In this document: positions 30,534 through 42,252 of the stretch, one piece after another
Position numbering within the stretch: position 1 is the first letter of the stretch
Layout: the number at the start of each line of letters is the position of its first letter
Assembly: GCA_009691445.1 (NCBI GenBank)
Contig: SICL01000009.1
Coordinates: 1 to 62,272 of the forward strand
Origin: Candidatus Taenariivivens baikalensis
GTDB taxonomy: Bacteria > Omnitrophota > Omnitrophia > Omnitrophales > Aquincolibacteriaceae
Length of the DNA: 62,272 nt
Reading direction: 5' to 3'
Position numbers and translations under genes: made by a program
The notes under the pieces: generated by a model
Told to the model about the DNA's origin: nothing
Seen by the model: only the letters and a program-made list of their open reading frames with translations
Databases searched by the model: none

Positions 30534-31883
30534 ATGAGAGAACTAATAACGAAGATGACGGTGCTTGCGCTGCTAGTAGGTTTTTGCGCAGTTGCACCAG
30601 TTTTTGCAGATTCAAATGAAGTGACCGCTCTTCAAGGGCAGGTGCAAGGCTTGACGGATAAACTCAATGATATCGAACGCCAGTTACGTGCTGTTGAAAG
30701 CAAAGCAGGCGCGCCCTCCTCTACCTATGTTGCTCCCGCGGGATCTTCGAAGGGTGGCTTAATGCATGTTGCCGAAGATATTAATATGGGCGGCTATTTG
30801 GATGTTCAGTGGAACAACAACTTTAACCAACCGCGTACACAAGGTGGAACGAACGCCTTGCTTCGTACCGTTCCTAATGGAACTGGCACGGGTGGAGCTC
30901 GAAGCAATACCGGACGCATTTTCGACCGATATGACGGTTCATTTGCGGTCAATGCATCAGAAATTTATTTTGAGAAGAAGGCTGAAAATGCAGGAGAAGC
31001 CGGATTCCGCACCGATATCCAGTTTGGTGAAGATGCCCATGTGGTGAATGGAAATGGAAGCGGCAATACTGATAATCTCGTGGATCTTCAGCAGGCGTAT
31101 ATTGAGTATTACACTCCTCTGAAAATCGAGAATGTGCTTGACCAAGTTAAGGTCAAGGCGGGTCGTTTTGTGACGCTTGCAGGCCTTGAGGTCATTGAAG
31201 CTCCGGACAATTGGAATATTTCCCGTTCCTATATGTTCGGTTTGGCCATTCCGTTTACCCATACGGGTGTTCGGACTCAAGCCAAGGTTATGAATTTTTT
31301 TGATGTCTATTTGGGCCTGAATAATGGTTGGGACCTAGCGGTAGATAACAATGCTTATAAGACAGTGGAAACTGGCATTGGTTATCAGCCCATCAATGGT
31401 TTGACCATGATGCACGCTTTTTATTTGGGTAATGAAAATGGAGGTCCGGGAGCACGGTCTCGATGGCTGCTTTCCAATACGGCATCCTATGCGGTTACCG
31501 ATAAATTGACGGTTGCGGCGGATGTTCAGGTTGCAAATCAGGAAAAAGCTATTGCCCAGAACATAAGCCCTCAAATTAATGATTATGATGCTCAGTGGTG
31601 GGGAGTTGCCGGATATGCAAAGTACAAACTTACCGACAAACTTAACATGGCGTATCGCGCTGAATTCTTTCGCGACGAAAGTCTTCTTCGCAGTGCAGCC
31701 GCGGGTGGTGATCCGATCGGCGATTCTATGTTTGAGCAAACTCTGACTGCAGAGTACCGCCTCACATCGAATTTGCTTGCTCGTGCCGAATTTCGTCATG
31801 ATATGGCAAATCGCGATCCTATTTTCGCTGGACGCGAGCCTTATCAGACCACGATCGCAAGTCAGTTGGTTTACTCTATCTAA
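30534..31883 (+). CDS. Outer-membrane beta-barrel porin (BBP2/OmpL-like)
   Basis: Signal peptide VFA-D, short coiled coil, QQAYIEY, GRFVTLAGLEV, N.SRSYMF...PFTHTG, EFRHD; purine-rich SD before ATG 30534. Confidence 0.85.
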   Translation: MRELITKMTVLALLVGFCAVAPVFADSNEVTALQGQVQGLTDKLNDIERQLRAVESKAGAPSSTYVAPAGSSKGGLMHVAEDINMGGYLDVQWNNNFNQPRTQGGTNALLRTVPNGTGTGGARSNTGRIFDRYDGSFAVNASEIYFEKKAENAGEAGFRTDIQFGEDAHVVNGNGSGNTDNLVDLQQAYIEYYTPLKIENVLDQVKVKAGRFVTLAGLEVIEAPDNWNISRSYMFGLAIPFTHTGVRTQAKVMNFFDVYLGLNNGWDLAVDNNAYKTVETGIGYQPINGLTMMHAFYLGNENGGPGARSRWLLSNTASYAVTDKLTVAADVQVANQEKAIAQNISPQINDYDAQWWGVAGYAKYKLTDKLNMAYRAEFFRDESLLRSAAAGGDPIGDSMFEQTLTAEYRLTSNLLARAEFRHDMANRDPIFAGREPYQTTIASQLVYSI

Positions 31884-31890
31884 GATTTAA

Positions 31891-31962
31891 AATAAGCACC
31901 CTGATCTCTTCACCTCCCTTGGTGAGCGACAACAAGTCAAGAGATCAGGGTGCCTTATTTTT
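31891..31962 (+). terminator. Intrinsic terminator
   Basis: gcaccctgatctctt ... aagagatcagggtgc stem followed by a T tract. Confidence 0.7.
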
Positions 31963-31972
31963 AGTGGCGATT

Positions 31973-32419
31973 ATGCGTCTATCGCAGTATATAAAAAAAC
32001 CCCTTCAAGATTACCTTCCGAAAGACCGCAGAATTTTTTCATTTTTTTTACTTATTTTTTGGCCCCTTTTTTTTACTTCCTGCGTCCATTCGGATAACAG
32101 TTTTTATTTCGGACATTACTCGGAAGCGGAATCCCTCTTTAACCACGGCGTGTATGAAAAAGCCATCCAAAAATACCAGGCCTATATTGATGAAAACCCT
32201 GAAGGTCATCTTGCGATTATCTCCCAATATTATATTGCCCGATCTTATGCGGCTCTTGGCCACCAAGAAGAAGCCAAAGGTCTTTATCAACAAATAATTC
32301 AAAAATATCCCGATGCGGTCTGGGCTCGTTTTTCTGAAACCCAGCTGAAAGATTTGCAAACCTCTTCGGATCTTACGGCGAGGCCGTCTCCTTCTGAAAT
32401 TTCTGTTTTCAAAACCTGA
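31973..32419 (+). CDS. TPR-containing lipoprotein (BamD/CpoB-like)
   Basis: Lipobox FTSC; TPR helices YEKAIQKYQAYIDENP and YQQIIQKYP. Confidence 0.7.
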   Translation: MRLSQYIKKPLQDYLPKDRRIFSFFLLIFWPLFFTSCVHSDNSFYFGHYSEAESLFNHGVYEKAIQKYQAYIDENPEGHLAIISQYYIARSYAALGHQEEAKGLYQQIIQKYPDAVWARFSETQLKDLQTSSDLTARPSPSEISVFKT

Positions 32420-32463
32420 TTTTCCCATCTTTTCAATCGCCTCGTGGTGTGGTATTCTCAGCA

Positions 32464-32807
32464 CTGATCCTTTCAAGCCGTCGCTTCCCGCCTTTGGGTG
32501 GGGGGAGGAAAGTCCGGGCTTCATCGGGCAGCGTAGTGGGTAATACCCACCCCCACTAGCTTTTTTGTGGGCGGATTAGAGCCACAGAGACGAGTTCTCC
32601 GTTGTTTTTTTTGACGGAGAGGTGAAACGCGGCAATCTCTACGTGAAGAAAGGCCAAACAAATCTCTGCTTAGTCCTAAGCGCCCGCTTAGAGGGAAACC
32701 TGGAGATTGGGTAGGCCGAACGAGGCCTTGAGCAATCAAGGCCCTAGATAGATGACGGCCAGGTTCACTTCGGTGGACTACAGAACCCGGCTTATCGAAA
32801 GGGTTAG
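32464..32807 (+). ncRNA. rnpB: RNase P RNA
   Basis: GAGGAAAGTCCGGGC, ACAGAGA, GGTGAAAC, TAGATAGATGA and ACAGAACCCGGCTTA conserved regions; P1 ctgatcctttc/gaaagggttag. Confidence 0.95.
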
Positions 32808-32809
32808 AC

Positions 32810-32842
32810 ATGGAGGTGCCTCTGGGCACCTCCATCTTTTTC
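32810..32842 (+). terminator. Intrinsic terminator of rnpB
   Basis: atggaggtgcc-tctg-ggcacctccat followed by cttttt. Confidence 0.85.
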
Positions 32843-32853
32843 CATCTTTTTTC

Positions 32854-33022
32854 TTGACCGAATAGCATCTCATCGATAAGATGCGTCAACGTTAAACCTG
32901 GTTTTAGGTCCTTTTAAAGTGGTGCTGTGACACCAATAAAGGAGCAAAAATGTTAGCAGCGACATTTCAATCTAAGCTTTGTTTTTATGGTGCCCCGAGT
33001 TTTTTCTCGGGGCTTTTTTTTT
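32854..33022 (+). promoter_or_regulatory. pyr operon promoter and PyrR-type attenuation leader
   Basis: TTGACC-N17-TAAGAT; binding-loop-like cctttta-aag-tggtg-ctgtga-cacca-ataaagg; antiterminator partner tttatggtg; terminator gccccgag/ctcggggc plus T run just before pyrR. Confidence 0.8.
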
Positions 33023-33028
33023 GATCCC

Positions 33029-33583
33029 ATGATGACAACTCCCTCCAAACAAGTCCTCGACTCAGAAGGCATGGAAAAGGCGCTTGCACGCATTGCACAC
33101 GAGATTGTAGAGCGCAACCAGCAAATCGAAAGTGTGATCCTTGTGGGTATAAGGACGCGTGGCGTCTACCTCTCCCAACGGATTCAAAAGTGTATTCAGA
33201 AAATTAAAAACAGGGAATTGCCACTGGGCATTCTGGATATTACCCTTTACCGCGATGATTTGAGTGAGATTGGAGCCCGGGCCAGCGTGCGTGAGACTAA
33301 ATTGCCGGGAGACATCAAGGATAAGATTGTGGTTTTGGTGGATGATGTGCTTTTTACCGGCAGGACGATTCGAGCCGCTCTGGATGCGATCCATGATTTC
33401 GGAAGACCTAAAGCGATCCAGCTTGCAGTTTTGATTGATCGGGGACATCGGGAGCTTCCAATTAAAGCGGATTATGTGGGGAAAAACATACCTACGTCTC
33501 TCGACGAACAAGTCGTGGTTCAGATGAAAGAAGCGGACCCTCAGGATGAAGTTCTTGTGATGAAAAAGAGCGGGATATCATGA
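33029..33583 (+). CDS. pyrR: Pyrimidine attenuation regulator / uracil PRTase
   Basis: [42 protein letters not shown]; start placed after the leader terminator. Confidence 0.95.
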   Translation: MMTTPSKQVLDSEGMEKALARIAHEIVERNQQIESVILVGIRTRGVYLSQRIQKCIQKIKNRELPLGILDITLYRDDLSEIGARASVRETKLPGDIKDKIVVLVDDVLFTGRTIRAALDAIHDFGRPKAIQLAVLIDRGHRELPIKADYVGKNIPTSLDEQVVVQMKEADPQDEVLVMKKSGIS

Positions 33584-34533
33584 GTGAATTTAAATGGGCC
33601 CGCAAAGATCTTCTCGGCCTTCGTGATCTTTCAAAGCAGGAAATCGAATTAATTCTTGATACCGCCAAATCCTTTCAAGAGGTCTCGGATCGCTCCGTCA
33701 AAAAAGTCCCGGCTCTGCGCGGCAAGACCGTCACCAATTTATTTTTTGAACCCAGCACCCGCACCCGGGTTTCCTTTGAACTCGCTGAAAAACGTTTAAG
33801 CGCGGATACCATCCACATTGCTTCATCGACCTCTAGTATGGTCAAAGGTGAGACGCTCAAAGATTCCCTCAGAAATATTGAAGCTCTCAAGGTCAATATT
33901 GTGGTTATGCGCCATCCTTCTTCCGGAGCGCCTCACCGCATGGCACCTCATTTCCAGGCGAGTATCATCAATGCCGGCGACGGCATTAATGAGCATCCCA
34001 CGCAGGCACTGCTTGATATGTTTACCGTTCGCGAAAAAAAAGGGAAAATTGACGGGATGAAAGTCACATTTATCGGAGATATTCTTCACAGCCGCGTAGC
34101 ACGTTCCAACATTTGGGGACTGACAAAGATGGGCGCGCAGGTCACGGTTTGCGGGCCCAAGACCTTGCTTCCTCCTTCCATTGAAAAATTGGGAGTGAGG
34201 GCAACCACGGATTTAAGAGAGGCGGTGAAGGATGCGGATGTCATTAACCTTCTTCGCATTCAGCTTGAACGTCAAAAGGAGTCCTATTTTCCAAGCATCC
34301 GGGAATATGTGACCGCTTATCAAATCAACCAGGAAGTCCTGAAACTTGCAAAACCGGATGTCGTAATCATGCACCCCGGGCCGGTGAACCGTGGTATTGA
34401 AATCACAAGCGAAGTTTTGGATGGTCCTTTCTCAGTGATTCTAGATCAAGTGACCAATGGTCTTGCAGTCCGGATGGCAGTTTTGTATCTGCTTGCCGGA
34501 ACATCTCAGCGGGAAGAAAAGGTGGCGGAATGA
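33580..34533 (+). CDS. pyrB: Aspartate carbamoyltransferase catalytic subunit
   Basis: [23 protein letters not shown]. Confidence 0.96.
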   Translation: MSEFKWARKDLLGLRDLSKQEIELILDTAKSFQEVSDRSVKKVPALRGKTVTNLFFEPSTRTRVSFELAEKRLSADTIHIASSTSSMVKGETLKDSLRNIEALKVNIVVMRHPSSGAPHRMAPHFQASIINAGDGINEHPTQALLDMFTVREKKGKIDGMKVTFIGDILHSRVARSNIWGLTKMGAQVTVCGPKTLLPPSIEKLGVRATTDLREAVKDADVINLLRIQLERQKESYFPSIREYVTAYQINQEVLKLAKPDVVIMHPGPVNRGIEITSEVLDGPFSVILDQVTNGLAVRMAVLYLLAGTSQREEKVAE

Positions 34534-35804
34534 AATATCTGATTCGTGATGTGTGTTTAGTGGATCCCAAACGCAAGCGGGAAGAAGTGACGGATGTGCT
34601 GATTGAGAACGGAAAGATCTCGGAAATTTCGAAATCTATTTCAGCATCTGACGCGGAAACGATTGAAGGTAAAGGAAAGCACCTGGTTCCTGGATTTATT
34701 GATCTGCATACTCATTTTCGCGAACCGGGATTTGAAACCAAGGAGACTATTTATACTGGCTCAATGGCGGCTTTGAAGGGAGGCTTTGTCGCCTCGGTTT
34801 CTATGCCTAATACCCAGCCGGCCTGTGACAATCAGGGAGTCATTGATTTGATTATTCGTAAAGCCAAAGAAGTTCCTTACAGGATTTTTCCTACCGGAAC
34901 TATCAGCAAAGGGCGTGAAGGAAAAGAACTTACGGAAATGGCTGACCTCAAAAAAGTTGGAATTATCGGGGTGACCGATGACGGAGACTGGGTTCCAGAT
35001 TCACTTTTGATGCGTCGCGCCATGGATTATGCGGCTATGCTGGATCTGATTGTGATGAGCCACTGTGAGGATAAACGTCTTGCTGCAGGCGGGGTCATGA
35101 ATGAAGGGCTTAGTTCCACCAAACTCGGACTTCCGGGAATTCCGGGAGCGAGTGAAGAAATTGCCGTTGCCCGTGATATTGAGTTGGCGCGTTTGACTGG
35201 CGCGCATTTACATGTCTGTCATATTTCCACAGCTCGTGCCATGGAACTGGTTCGCCGCGCAAAACAGGAAAAACTCCGCATTACCGCCGAAGTCACACCG
35301 CATCATTTATCGCTGACAGACGAAGCTTTGGAAGGTTACAATACGAATTATAAAATGAATCCTCCGCTTCGTGAAAGTGAAGATGTGAAAGCGCTTCGTC
35401 AGGGTCTTCGAGAAGGAATCATTGATTGCATTGCCACCGATCATGCGCCTCACACTCAGGAAGATAAAATGGCCGAGTATGATCACGCACCGTTTGGTGT
35501 GATTGGTCTTGAAACCGCTTTTGGAGTGGTGATGACCGAACTTTTTCACGGAGAAAAATGGAGTCTTGAGGAAATCCTGCGTGCGATGGCAGTGCGTCCT
35601 TCGGAAATCCTGAAACTGGGTCCGGAGTTTGGCGGAATCCAGAAAGGCTGTGAAGCGAATATCACGCTGGTAGATTTAAACCGTGAATGGATCGTAGAGC
35701 CAGCGGAACTGCGCTCCAAGTCCAAGAACTCTTGTTTTATGAAACGCAAACTTAAAGGCCGAGTGATTGCTACGGTGTGTGCCGGCAAGTTGTGGAAATT
35801 TTAA
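34530..35804 (+). CDS. pyrC: Dihydroorotase
   Basis: [25 protein letters not shown]. Confidence 0.95.
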   Translation: MKYLIRDVCLVDPKRKREEVTDVLIENGKISEISKSISASDAETIEGKGKHLVPGFIDLHTHFREPGFETKETIYTGSMAALKGGFVASVSMPNTQPACDNQGVIDLIIRKAKEVPYRIFPTGTISKGREGKELTEMADLKKVGIIGVTDDGDWVPDSLLMRRAMDYAAMLDLIVMSHCEDKRLAAGGVMNEGLSSTKLGLPGIPGASEEIAVARDIELARLTGAHLHVCHISTARAMELVRRAKQEKLRITAEVTPHHLSLTDEALEGYNTNYKMNPPLRESEDVKALRQGLREGIIDCIATDHAPHTQEDKMAEYDHAPFGVIGLETAFGVVMTELFHGEKWSLEEILRAMAVRPSEILKLGPEFGGIQKGCEANITLVDLNREWIVEPAELRSKSKNSCFMKRKLKGRVIATVCAGKLWKF

Positions 35805-35823
35805 TCAAAAGGACCCGTGTCTT

Positions 35824-36933
35824 GTGAAAGCTTACTTAGCCTTAGAAGATGGTTTGTTTTTTGAGGGAGAGGGTTTCGGAGCCCAAGGAGAAACCTTTGG
35901 AGAGGTGGTATTCAATACTTCTCTCACGGGCTATCAGGAAATTTTGACGGATCCCTCTTACAAAGGGCAGATCGTAGCCATGACGTATCCTCACATTGGC
36001 AATTATGGCATCAATGCCGAGGACGAAGAATCAGATCGTCCGTGGGTTGAAGGGTTTATTGTTAAAGAGTTGAGTCCCGTGGTGAGCAATTACCGCTCGG
36101 CGGAATCGCTTCATGATTATCTAAAACGCCACGGAAAAATTGCGATTCAGGGAATTGATACACGGAAACTCGTCAAGCATTTGCGGGATCATGGCGCTAA
36201 AAAGGGCGTGCTCTCTACCATTGATGGCGATGCTAAACGCCTTGTGGAAAAGGCGCAAAAATCTTCGAGCATTGTCGGTGTGGATCTCATCAAAGAAGTT
36301 ACCTGTAAAAAGTCTTACAGCCTTGATGAAGCTCTTCTTAAGGGGTTTGAATGGGGAAGCGCTCCGTCCAAAGCAAAAAAGAAAATCATTGCGATCGATT
36401 GCGGGATCAAACGCAATATCCTTCGCAAATTCAACCAGCATGATTTTTCTGTGACCGTGGTTCCTGCTTCGGCCTCAGCCGCGGAGATTTTAAATCATAA
36501 ACCGGATGGTCTCTTCCTTTCGAATGGTCCGGGAGATCCGGATGCGGTTCCCTATGTCGTGGAAACAGTGCGGAATCTGATCGGCAAAGTTCCGATCTTT
36601 GGAATCTGTTTTGGCCATCAGATGCTGGGCCTTGCTCTCGGGGGAACCACGTCCAAGCTTAAGTTCGGACATCGCGGCGGCAATCATCCGGTGATGGATC
36701 TGAAAACTCAGAAGATCGAAATCACTTCGCAGAATCACGGCTTTGTGGTGGATCTGGATTCTCTGGATCAAAGCCAGGTGGAAATTACGCACGTGAATTT
36801 AAATGACAAAACGCTGGAAGGGATGAGGCATAAAAAGCATCCAATTTTTTCAGTCCAGTATCATCCTGAGAATTCCCCGGGGCCGCATGACAGCGATTAT
36901 CTATTTCAACGTTTTCGAGAAATGATAGGTTAA
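35824..36933 (+). CDS. carA: Carbamoyl-phosphate synthase small subunit
   Basis: [26 protein letters not shown]; GTG start chosen. Confidence 0.95.
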   Translation: MKAYLALEDGLFFEGEGFGAQGETFGEVVFNTSLTGYQEILTDPSYKGQIVAMTYPHIGNYGINAEDEESDRPWVEGFIVKELSPVVSNYRSAESLHDYLKRHGKIAIQGIDTRKLVKHLRDHGAKKGVLSTIDGDAKRLVEKAQKSSSIVGVDLIKEVTCKKSYSLDEALLKGFEWGSAPSKAKKKIIAIDCGIKRNILRKFNQHDFSVTVVPASASAAEILNHKPDGLFLSNGPGDPDAVPYVVETVRNLIGKVPIFGICFGHQMLGLALGGTTSKLKFGHRGGNHPVMDLKTQKIEITSQNHGFVVDLDSLDQSQVEITHVNLNDKTLEGMRHKKHPIFSVQYHPENSPGPHDSDYLFQRFREMIG

Positions 36934-36947
36934 GGACCGGAATATTT

Positions 36948-39900
36948 ATGCCAAAACGAACTGATTTAAAGAAAATCTTAATTATCGGGTCAGGGCCGAT
37001 CATTATCGGTCAAGGCTGTGAATTCGATTATTCAGGAACGCAGGCCTGCAAGGTTCTTCGGGAAGAAGGCTATGAAGTGGTTCTTATCAATTCTAATCCT
37101 GCCACGATCATGACGGATCCGGAAACCGCAGCGCATACCTATATTGAACCGCTCACCATTGAATATCTGGAAAAGATCATTGAGAAAGAGCGGCCCGATG
37201 CCTGCCTTCCCACGATGGGCGGGCAGACTGGACTGAATCTCGCGGTCACGGCCTATGAAAAGGGCGTGTTTAAAAAATACGGTGTGGAATTAATCGGCGC
37301 CAAGTATGAAGCCATTAAAAAGGCCGAGAACCGCGAAGAATTCAAGCAGGCCATGATCAAAATCGGCCTGGATCTTCCGGAAAGTTCTTTCGCTTATTCT
37401 TTGGAAGAGGCGTTTCAAGCTGCGGAAAAAATTGGATATCCGGTGATTGTCCGTCCGAGTTTTACGCTCGGAGGATCCGGAAGCGGTATTTGTTTTAACC
37501 GGGACGAACTTGCTCAAACGGCCCGCAAGGGTCTTGATTACAGTCTGACGCATGAAATCCTGGTCGAAGAATCCGTGCTTGGCTGGAAAGAATATGAACT
37601 CGAAGTGATGCGCGACTGCAAGGACAACTTTGTGGTCATCTGTTCCATTGAAAATGTGGATGCGATGGGAGTGCACACCGGAGATTCCATCACCGTGGCA
37701 CCGGCCCAAACGCTTACGGATAAGGAATATCAGCGCATGCGTGACGCCGCTCGCAAGGTCATGTCAGAAGTGGGCGTGGAAACAGGCGGATCCAATGTGC
37801 AGTTTGCCGTGGATCCCAAGACGGGACGTATGGTTGTGATTGAAATGAATCCGCGCGTGTCACGATCTTCGGCGCTGGCCTCTAAAGCCACGGGGTTTCC
37901 CATCGCTAAATTTGCGGCCAAGCTTGCGATTGGATATTCCCTGGATGAAATACCTAATGACATTACGAAATACACGCCGGCTTCGTTCGAACCCTCGATT
38001 GATTATTGTGTGGTCAAGATTCCCCGGTTTGCCTTTGAAAAATTCGAAGGAGTGGATAGCACGCTCGGTACGCAGATGAAATCCGTGGGCGAGGCAATGG
38101 CCATTGGGCGTACGTTTAAGGAAGCGCTTCAAAAGGGATTCCGCTCGCTTGAAACCAAACGCTTTGGTTTGGGCGCTGACGGCCGCGATGAGGTTCTGGG
38201 AAAAACGTTAAGAACGCGCGAGCAGTATCTTGATTTTATCCACACAGCACCTCAAAACGAAGAGCTTCGCCGTGTCCTGGACAAATCCCTTTCCATTCCC
38301 AAAGCGGACCGGCTTTTTCATGTGAAGTATGCGCTGCTTGCCGGGATAAGCGTGGAACAGATTTATAAACTCTCTCATTTTGATCCCTGGTTTCTGGCGC
38401 AGATTAAACAGATTGTGGATCTTGAAAAAGAGATTATCGAAGCTTCTGGTGACGAATGCAAACAAACCCTGATTTTGCGCAAGGCCAAGTCTTACGGATT
38501 TTCCGATGTTCAGCTTGCCTTTCTTTGGGGGAAAAAAGAGGCGGAGATTCGAAACCTCCGCTATCAGGAGAAGGTTGAACCTGTCTATAAGCTTGTGGAC
38601 ACTTGCGCAGCAGAATTCAAAGCCTATACGCCGTATTTTTACTCGACGTATGAAGAAGAAAATGAAGATATTGTTTCTGACCGCAAAAAAATTGTCATCC
38701 TTGGTGGCGGGCCCAACCGTATCGGACAGGGCATCGAATTTGATTACTGCTGTGTGCACGCTGCATTTGCACTGAGGGAACTTGGTTTTGAGACCATCAT
38801 GGTTAATTCCAATCCTGAGACCGTGAGTACGGATTATGACACCTCTGACAAACTTTTTTTTGAACCGCTGACGCTTGAAGACGTCCTTGCCATATGTCGT
38901 CAAGAAAAACCGATGGGTGTCATTGTTCAGCTCGGCGGACAAACTCCGCTTAATTTAGCCCGAGGTCTCGAAGAAAATGGAGTCAAGGTGCTCGGAACTT
39001 CACCGCACGCGATTCATCTGGCGGAAGACCGGAAAGAATTCAAGAAACTACTTGAGAAGATTGGACTCAAACAGCCAGAAAATGGAACGGCTCTCGACGT
39101 CGAAGAAGGCTGCAAGATCGCTGAGAAAATTGGATACCCCGTGGTGGTTCGTCCTTCCTATGTGCTGGGCGGACGCGCAATGGAAATCGCCTACGATGAA
39201 ATCTTCTTTCGAAAATATGTGAGTCAGGCGATGGAAGCCAGTGATGAACATCCGGTTTTGATTGATAAGTATCTTGAAAATGCGATTGAAGTGGATGTCG
39301 ATTTGATCGGTGACGGCAAGACCTATGTTGTGGGAGCGGTGATGCAGCACATTGAGGAGGCTGGGATTCACTCGGGTGACAGCGCTTCGGTCATCCCGCC
39401 CTTTTCCCTCAAAAAAGAAATGATTGATGAAATTATCATTAAAACCAAGCAGATTGCCAAAGAACTGAAGGTGATTGGGCTCATGAATGTCCAGTATGCG
39501 GTTCAGGATGATGTGATCTACTGTCTGGAAGTGAATCCCCGTGCGTCGCGTACAGCGCCCTTTGTCAGCAAAACTATCGGAGTTCCTTTGGCCAAACTCG
39601 CGGCTAAGGTGATGGCGGGAATGACGCTTGAAGAACTCCAGTTCACCGAAGAGGTTCAAGTGAGTTATGTGGCGGTCAAGGAGTCCGTATTTCCTTTTGT
39701 GAAATTCCCAGGTGTCGACATTATTCTTTCACCGGAGATGAAATCGACCGGAGAGGTGATGGGGATTGATATGGATTTCCCGCGTGCCTTCTATAAGTCT
39801 CAAGATGCAGCGCTCTCTCACATCCCGACTGAGGGAAAGGTTTTTATCAGCGTTAAAAGACAAGATAAAGAAAGGATTATTCCCATCGCCAAAAAATTTC

Positions 39901-40298
39901 ATGAGCTTGGGTTTCAAATTGTCGCCACTGAGGGAACCGCTCAGTCTTTGGTGCAGCAGGGGATTCCCGCACAATCCGTGAAGAAACTCGCCGAAGGGCG
40001 CCCTAACATTTCTGATCTCATACGTAATCAGGAAATTAAACTCGTGGTGAATACACCCAGTGGTAAAGGTTCCGTTTTGGACGAAGCCAAGATCCGGTCG
40101 CTTGCAGTTTCTTTTAATATTCCCTGCATTACCACGATCAATGCGGCTCAGGCTGCAACGATTGCTTTGGACGCGCTAAAGGGAGGCAAGGGGCTTGAGG
40201 TAAAATCGATTCAGGAATATCACGCGCTTCTTAAACAAAAACCAACAAGCAAGATACAAACACCCAATAAGCACCAATTAATCAATCACCAAACATAA
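36948..40298 (+). CDS. carB: Carbamoyl-phosphate synthase large subunit
   Basis: [16 protein letters not shown], two ATP-grasp domains, MGS domain. Confidence 0.97.
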   Translation: MPKRTDLKKILIIGSGPIIIGQGCEFDYSGTQACKVLREEGYEVVLINSNPATIMTDPETAAHTYIEPLTIEYLEKIIEKERPDACLPTMGGQTGLNLAVTAYEKGVFKKYGVELIGAKYEAIKKAENREEFKQAMIKIGLDLPESSFAYSLEEAFQAAEKIGYPVIVRPSFTLGGSGSGICFNRDELAQTARKGLDYSLTHEILVEESVLGWKEYELEVMRDCKDNFVVICSIENVDAMGVHTGDSITVAPAQTLTDKEYQRMRDAARKVMSEVGVETGGSNVQFAVDPKTGRMVVIEMNPRVSRSSALASKATGFPIAKFAAKLAIGYSLDEIPNDITKYTPASFEPSIDYCVVKIPRFAFEKFEGVDSTLGTQMKSVGEAMAIGRTFKEALQKGFRSLETKRFGLGADGRDEVLGKTLRTREQYLDFIHTAPQNEELRRVLDKSLSIPKADRLFHVKYALLAGISVEQIYKLSHFDPWFLAQIKQIVDLEKEIIEASGDECKQTLILRKAKSYGFSDVQLAFLWGKKEAEIRNLRYQEKVEPVYKLVDTCAAEFKAYTPYFYSTYEEENEDIVSDRKKIVILGGGPNRIGQGIEFDYCCVHAAFALRELGFETIMVNSNPETVSTDYDTSDKLFFEPLTLEDVLAICRQEKPMGVIVQLGGQTPLNLARGLEENGVKVLGTSPHAIHLAEDRKEFKKLLEKIGLKQPENGTALDVEEGCKIAEKIGYPVVVRPSYVLGGRAMEIAYDEIFFRKYVSQAMEASDEHPVLIDKYLENAIEVDVDLIGDGKTYVVGAVMQHIEEAGIHSGDSASVIPPFSLKKEMIDEIIIKTKQIAKELKVIGLMNVQYAVQDDVIYCLEVNPRASRTAPFVSKTIGVPLAKLAAKVMAGMTLEELQFTEEVQVSYVAVKESVFPFVKFPGVDIILSPEMKSTGEVMGIDMDFPRAFYKSQDAALSHIPTEGKVFISVKRQDKERIIPIAKKFHELGFQIVATEGTAQSLVQQGIPAQSVKKLAEGRPNISDLIRNQEIKLVVNTPSGKGSVLDEAKIRSLAVSFNIPCITTINAAQAATIALDALKGGKGLEVKSIQEYHALLKQKPTSKIQTPNKHQLINHQT

Positions 40299-40352
40299 AA
40301 CGAAACGTTGATTATTTTATTTTTGATTATTGTATCTTGATGTTTGGTGATT
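40238..40352. repeat. Inverted degenerate heptamer array overlapping the carB 3' end
   Basis: caagatacaaacacccaataagcaccaa...tcaccaaac ... attgtatcttgatgtttggtga. Confidence 0.65.
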
Positions 40353-40367
40353 AACGTAAAGTGAATT

Positions 40368-41144
40368 ATGCCGTATGATCAAAGTTTCACGATTGAAGAA
40401 AACACCAAGGTCAATGCCAAGTATTACCGTCTTACTTTTCGAGCAGCTCATCTCAGCGAAGCGGTGGAGCCCGGCCAGTTTCTGACCCTTCAGATTAATC
40501 CCAGCCTGGATCCATTTTGGCGCCGGCCGTTTAGTTATTACCGCATTCAAAAAGACAGAATACAAATTCTCTATGAAGTGCTTGGCCGCGGTACGGCGAT
40601 GCTCTCCCGTAAGAAAAAAGGTGACACGGTTCAAGTGATGGGTCCTCTTGGCCGGCCGTTTTCGCCCAAAGTTAAAAACAAAAAACGTGTTTTGGTGGCG
40701 GGAGGTGTTGGAGTTCCTCCGCTTATCTTTCTTGCTGAAAAATATGCGGCAGATTATTTATTGATCGGAACCAAGTCGAGTGCTGAAGTCCTTCCCAAAA
40801 AAGAGCTTGCTAAGATCAAGGCTGAAATCCTTTATTCCACGAATGACGGAAGTTACGGGAGCAAGGGATTTGTTACAAAACTTCTTGAGCAAGTGATCAA
40901 GAAGGAACTTCCTGAAAATATTTTTATCCAGACCTGCGGCCCTAATATTATGATGGAAGCCGTGATGAAGATGGCCCTTCAATGGGGAATTGAGGGGGAA
41001 CTTTCCGTGGATAAGCCGATGGCCTGCGGAGTGGGAGCTTGTTTGGGATGTATGGTCAAAACCTCTGACGGATGGAAGGCTTCCTGTGTGGAAGGCCCCG
41101 TGTTTAATTTTAAGGATATTGATTTGGCAACAACGTTATCGTGA
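40368..41144 (+). CDS. pyrK: Dihydroorotate dehydrogenase electron transfer subunit
   Basis: RRPFS, GPLG, GGVGVPP, CGP, MACGVGACLGC...C.EGPVF 2Fe-2S motif. Confidence 0.93.
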   Translation: MPYDQSFTIEENTKVNAKYYRLTFRAAHLSEAVEPGQFLTLQINPSLDPFWRRPFSYYRIQKDRIQILYEVLGRGTAMLSRKKKGDTVQVMGPLGRPFSPKVKNKKRVLVAGGVGVPPLIFLAEKYAADYLLIGTKSSAEVLPKKELAKIKAEILYSTNDGSYGSKGFVTKLLEQVIKKELPENIFIQTCGPNIMMEAVMKMALQWGIEGELSVDKPMACGVGACLGCMVKTSDGWKASCVEGPVFNFKDIDLATTLS

Positions 41145-41205
41145 AGCGTCGTTCGTGAAACGTGAAGCTGAAAATAAGAACGACGTTTCGCTCTTCACGC
41201 TTCAC
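41140..41205. repeat. Inverted heptamer array (CGTGAAG / CTTCACG)
   Basis: cgtgaagcgtcgttcgtgaaacgtgaagc ... gaacgacgtttcg...ttcacgcttcac. Confidence 0.8.
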
Positions 41206-41213
41206 AGAAAGCA

Positions 41214-42146
41214 ATGATGAAGACAGATCTCACAACTAAAATCGGAAAGCTTGAGTTCAGGAATCCTGTGACGGTTGCTTCCGGGACCTTTGGAACCAAG
41301 GATGAATACTCCTGTTTTTTGGATTATGAAAAACTGGGAGCTATTATCACGAAAACCATCACGGTCAAGCCGCGCGCCGGGAATTCCATGCCGCGCATCT
41401 GTGAAACCGCAGGGGGAATGCTGAATGCGATTGGTTTACAAAACAAGGGTCTTGATGATTTCCTCGAAAACAAAATCCCCTTTTTTTCTAAAATCAAAAC
41501 GCCCTTGATTGTCAATATTGCCGGAGAAACGACGCAAGATTTTAAAACACTGACACAAGCCCTGGACCGCCAGAAAAAAGTTGTCCGCGCTCTTGAACTA
41601 AATTTATCCTGTCCCAATGTGGAGGCCGGCGGTGCGGGGCATATGAAGAAACGTGAGCGGATTCTGGAGGTGATCAAAGTTGTGCGCGATCACACGGATC
41701 TTGCCCTTTTTGCCAAACTCTCGCCGGAGCTAGGGGATGTGCTTGAGATAGCCCGAGATGTCATCAAGGCCGGAGTAAGCGGTCTCAGTCTTATTAATAC
41801 CCTGAAAGGAATGGCGATTGATATTGAACGCCGTCGTCCTCAGCTTGCTAATGTGACTGGAGGATTGAGCGGGCCTGCCATCAAACCCGTGGCTCTTCGT
41901 TATGTTTATGAAATTAAAAAAGAATTGGATGTTCCGGTCATTGCCTCCGGGGGCATTACGACTTACCGGGACGCGCTTGAGTTTCTGATGGCCGGAGCTG
42001 ATCTTCTGGCTGTCGGAACCGCCAATTTTATTAATCCGCAGGCAACGATTCATATTCTGCAAGGGATTCAGGATTACTGTAAGAAGCACGGAATAAAGCA
42101 GCTTGATGAGATTCGTGGTATTTCTTGTCTTGCCAAAAATAATTAG
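41214..42146 (+). CDS. pyrD: Dihydroorotate dehydrogenase family 1B catalytic subunit
   Basis: NPVTVASG, NAIGLQN, NLSCPN, GGLSGPAIKP. Confidence 0.95.
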   Translation: MMKTDLTTKIGKLEFRNPVTVASGTFGTKDEYSCFLDYEKLGAIITKTITVKPRAGNSMPRICETAGGMLNAIGLQNKGLDDFLENKIPFFSKIKTPLIVNIAGETTQDFKTLTQALDRQKKVVRALELNLSCPNVEAGGAGHMKKRERILEVIKVVRDHTDLALFAKLSPELGDVLEIARDVIKAGVSGLSLINTLKGMAIDIERRRPQLANVTGGLSGPAIKPVALRYVYEIKKELDVPVIASGGITTYRDALEFLMAGADLLAVGTANFINPQATIHILQGIQDYCKKHGIKQLDEIRGISCLAKNN

Positions 42147-42181
42147 AACAGGCCTTGTGGGGGCTAAGAAAGGAGTTCTGG

Positions 42182-42246
42182 AATCTAAAATTTAAAATTG
42201 AATTGAGAGGTTTTCAGTTTTAGATTTACGATTTTAGATTTAAAAT
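42182..42246. repeat. Inverted heptamer array (AATCTAA / TTAGATT)
   Basis: aatctaaaatttaaaatt ... ttttagatttacgattttagattt. Confidence 0.6.
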
Positions 42247-42252
42247 TAATTT

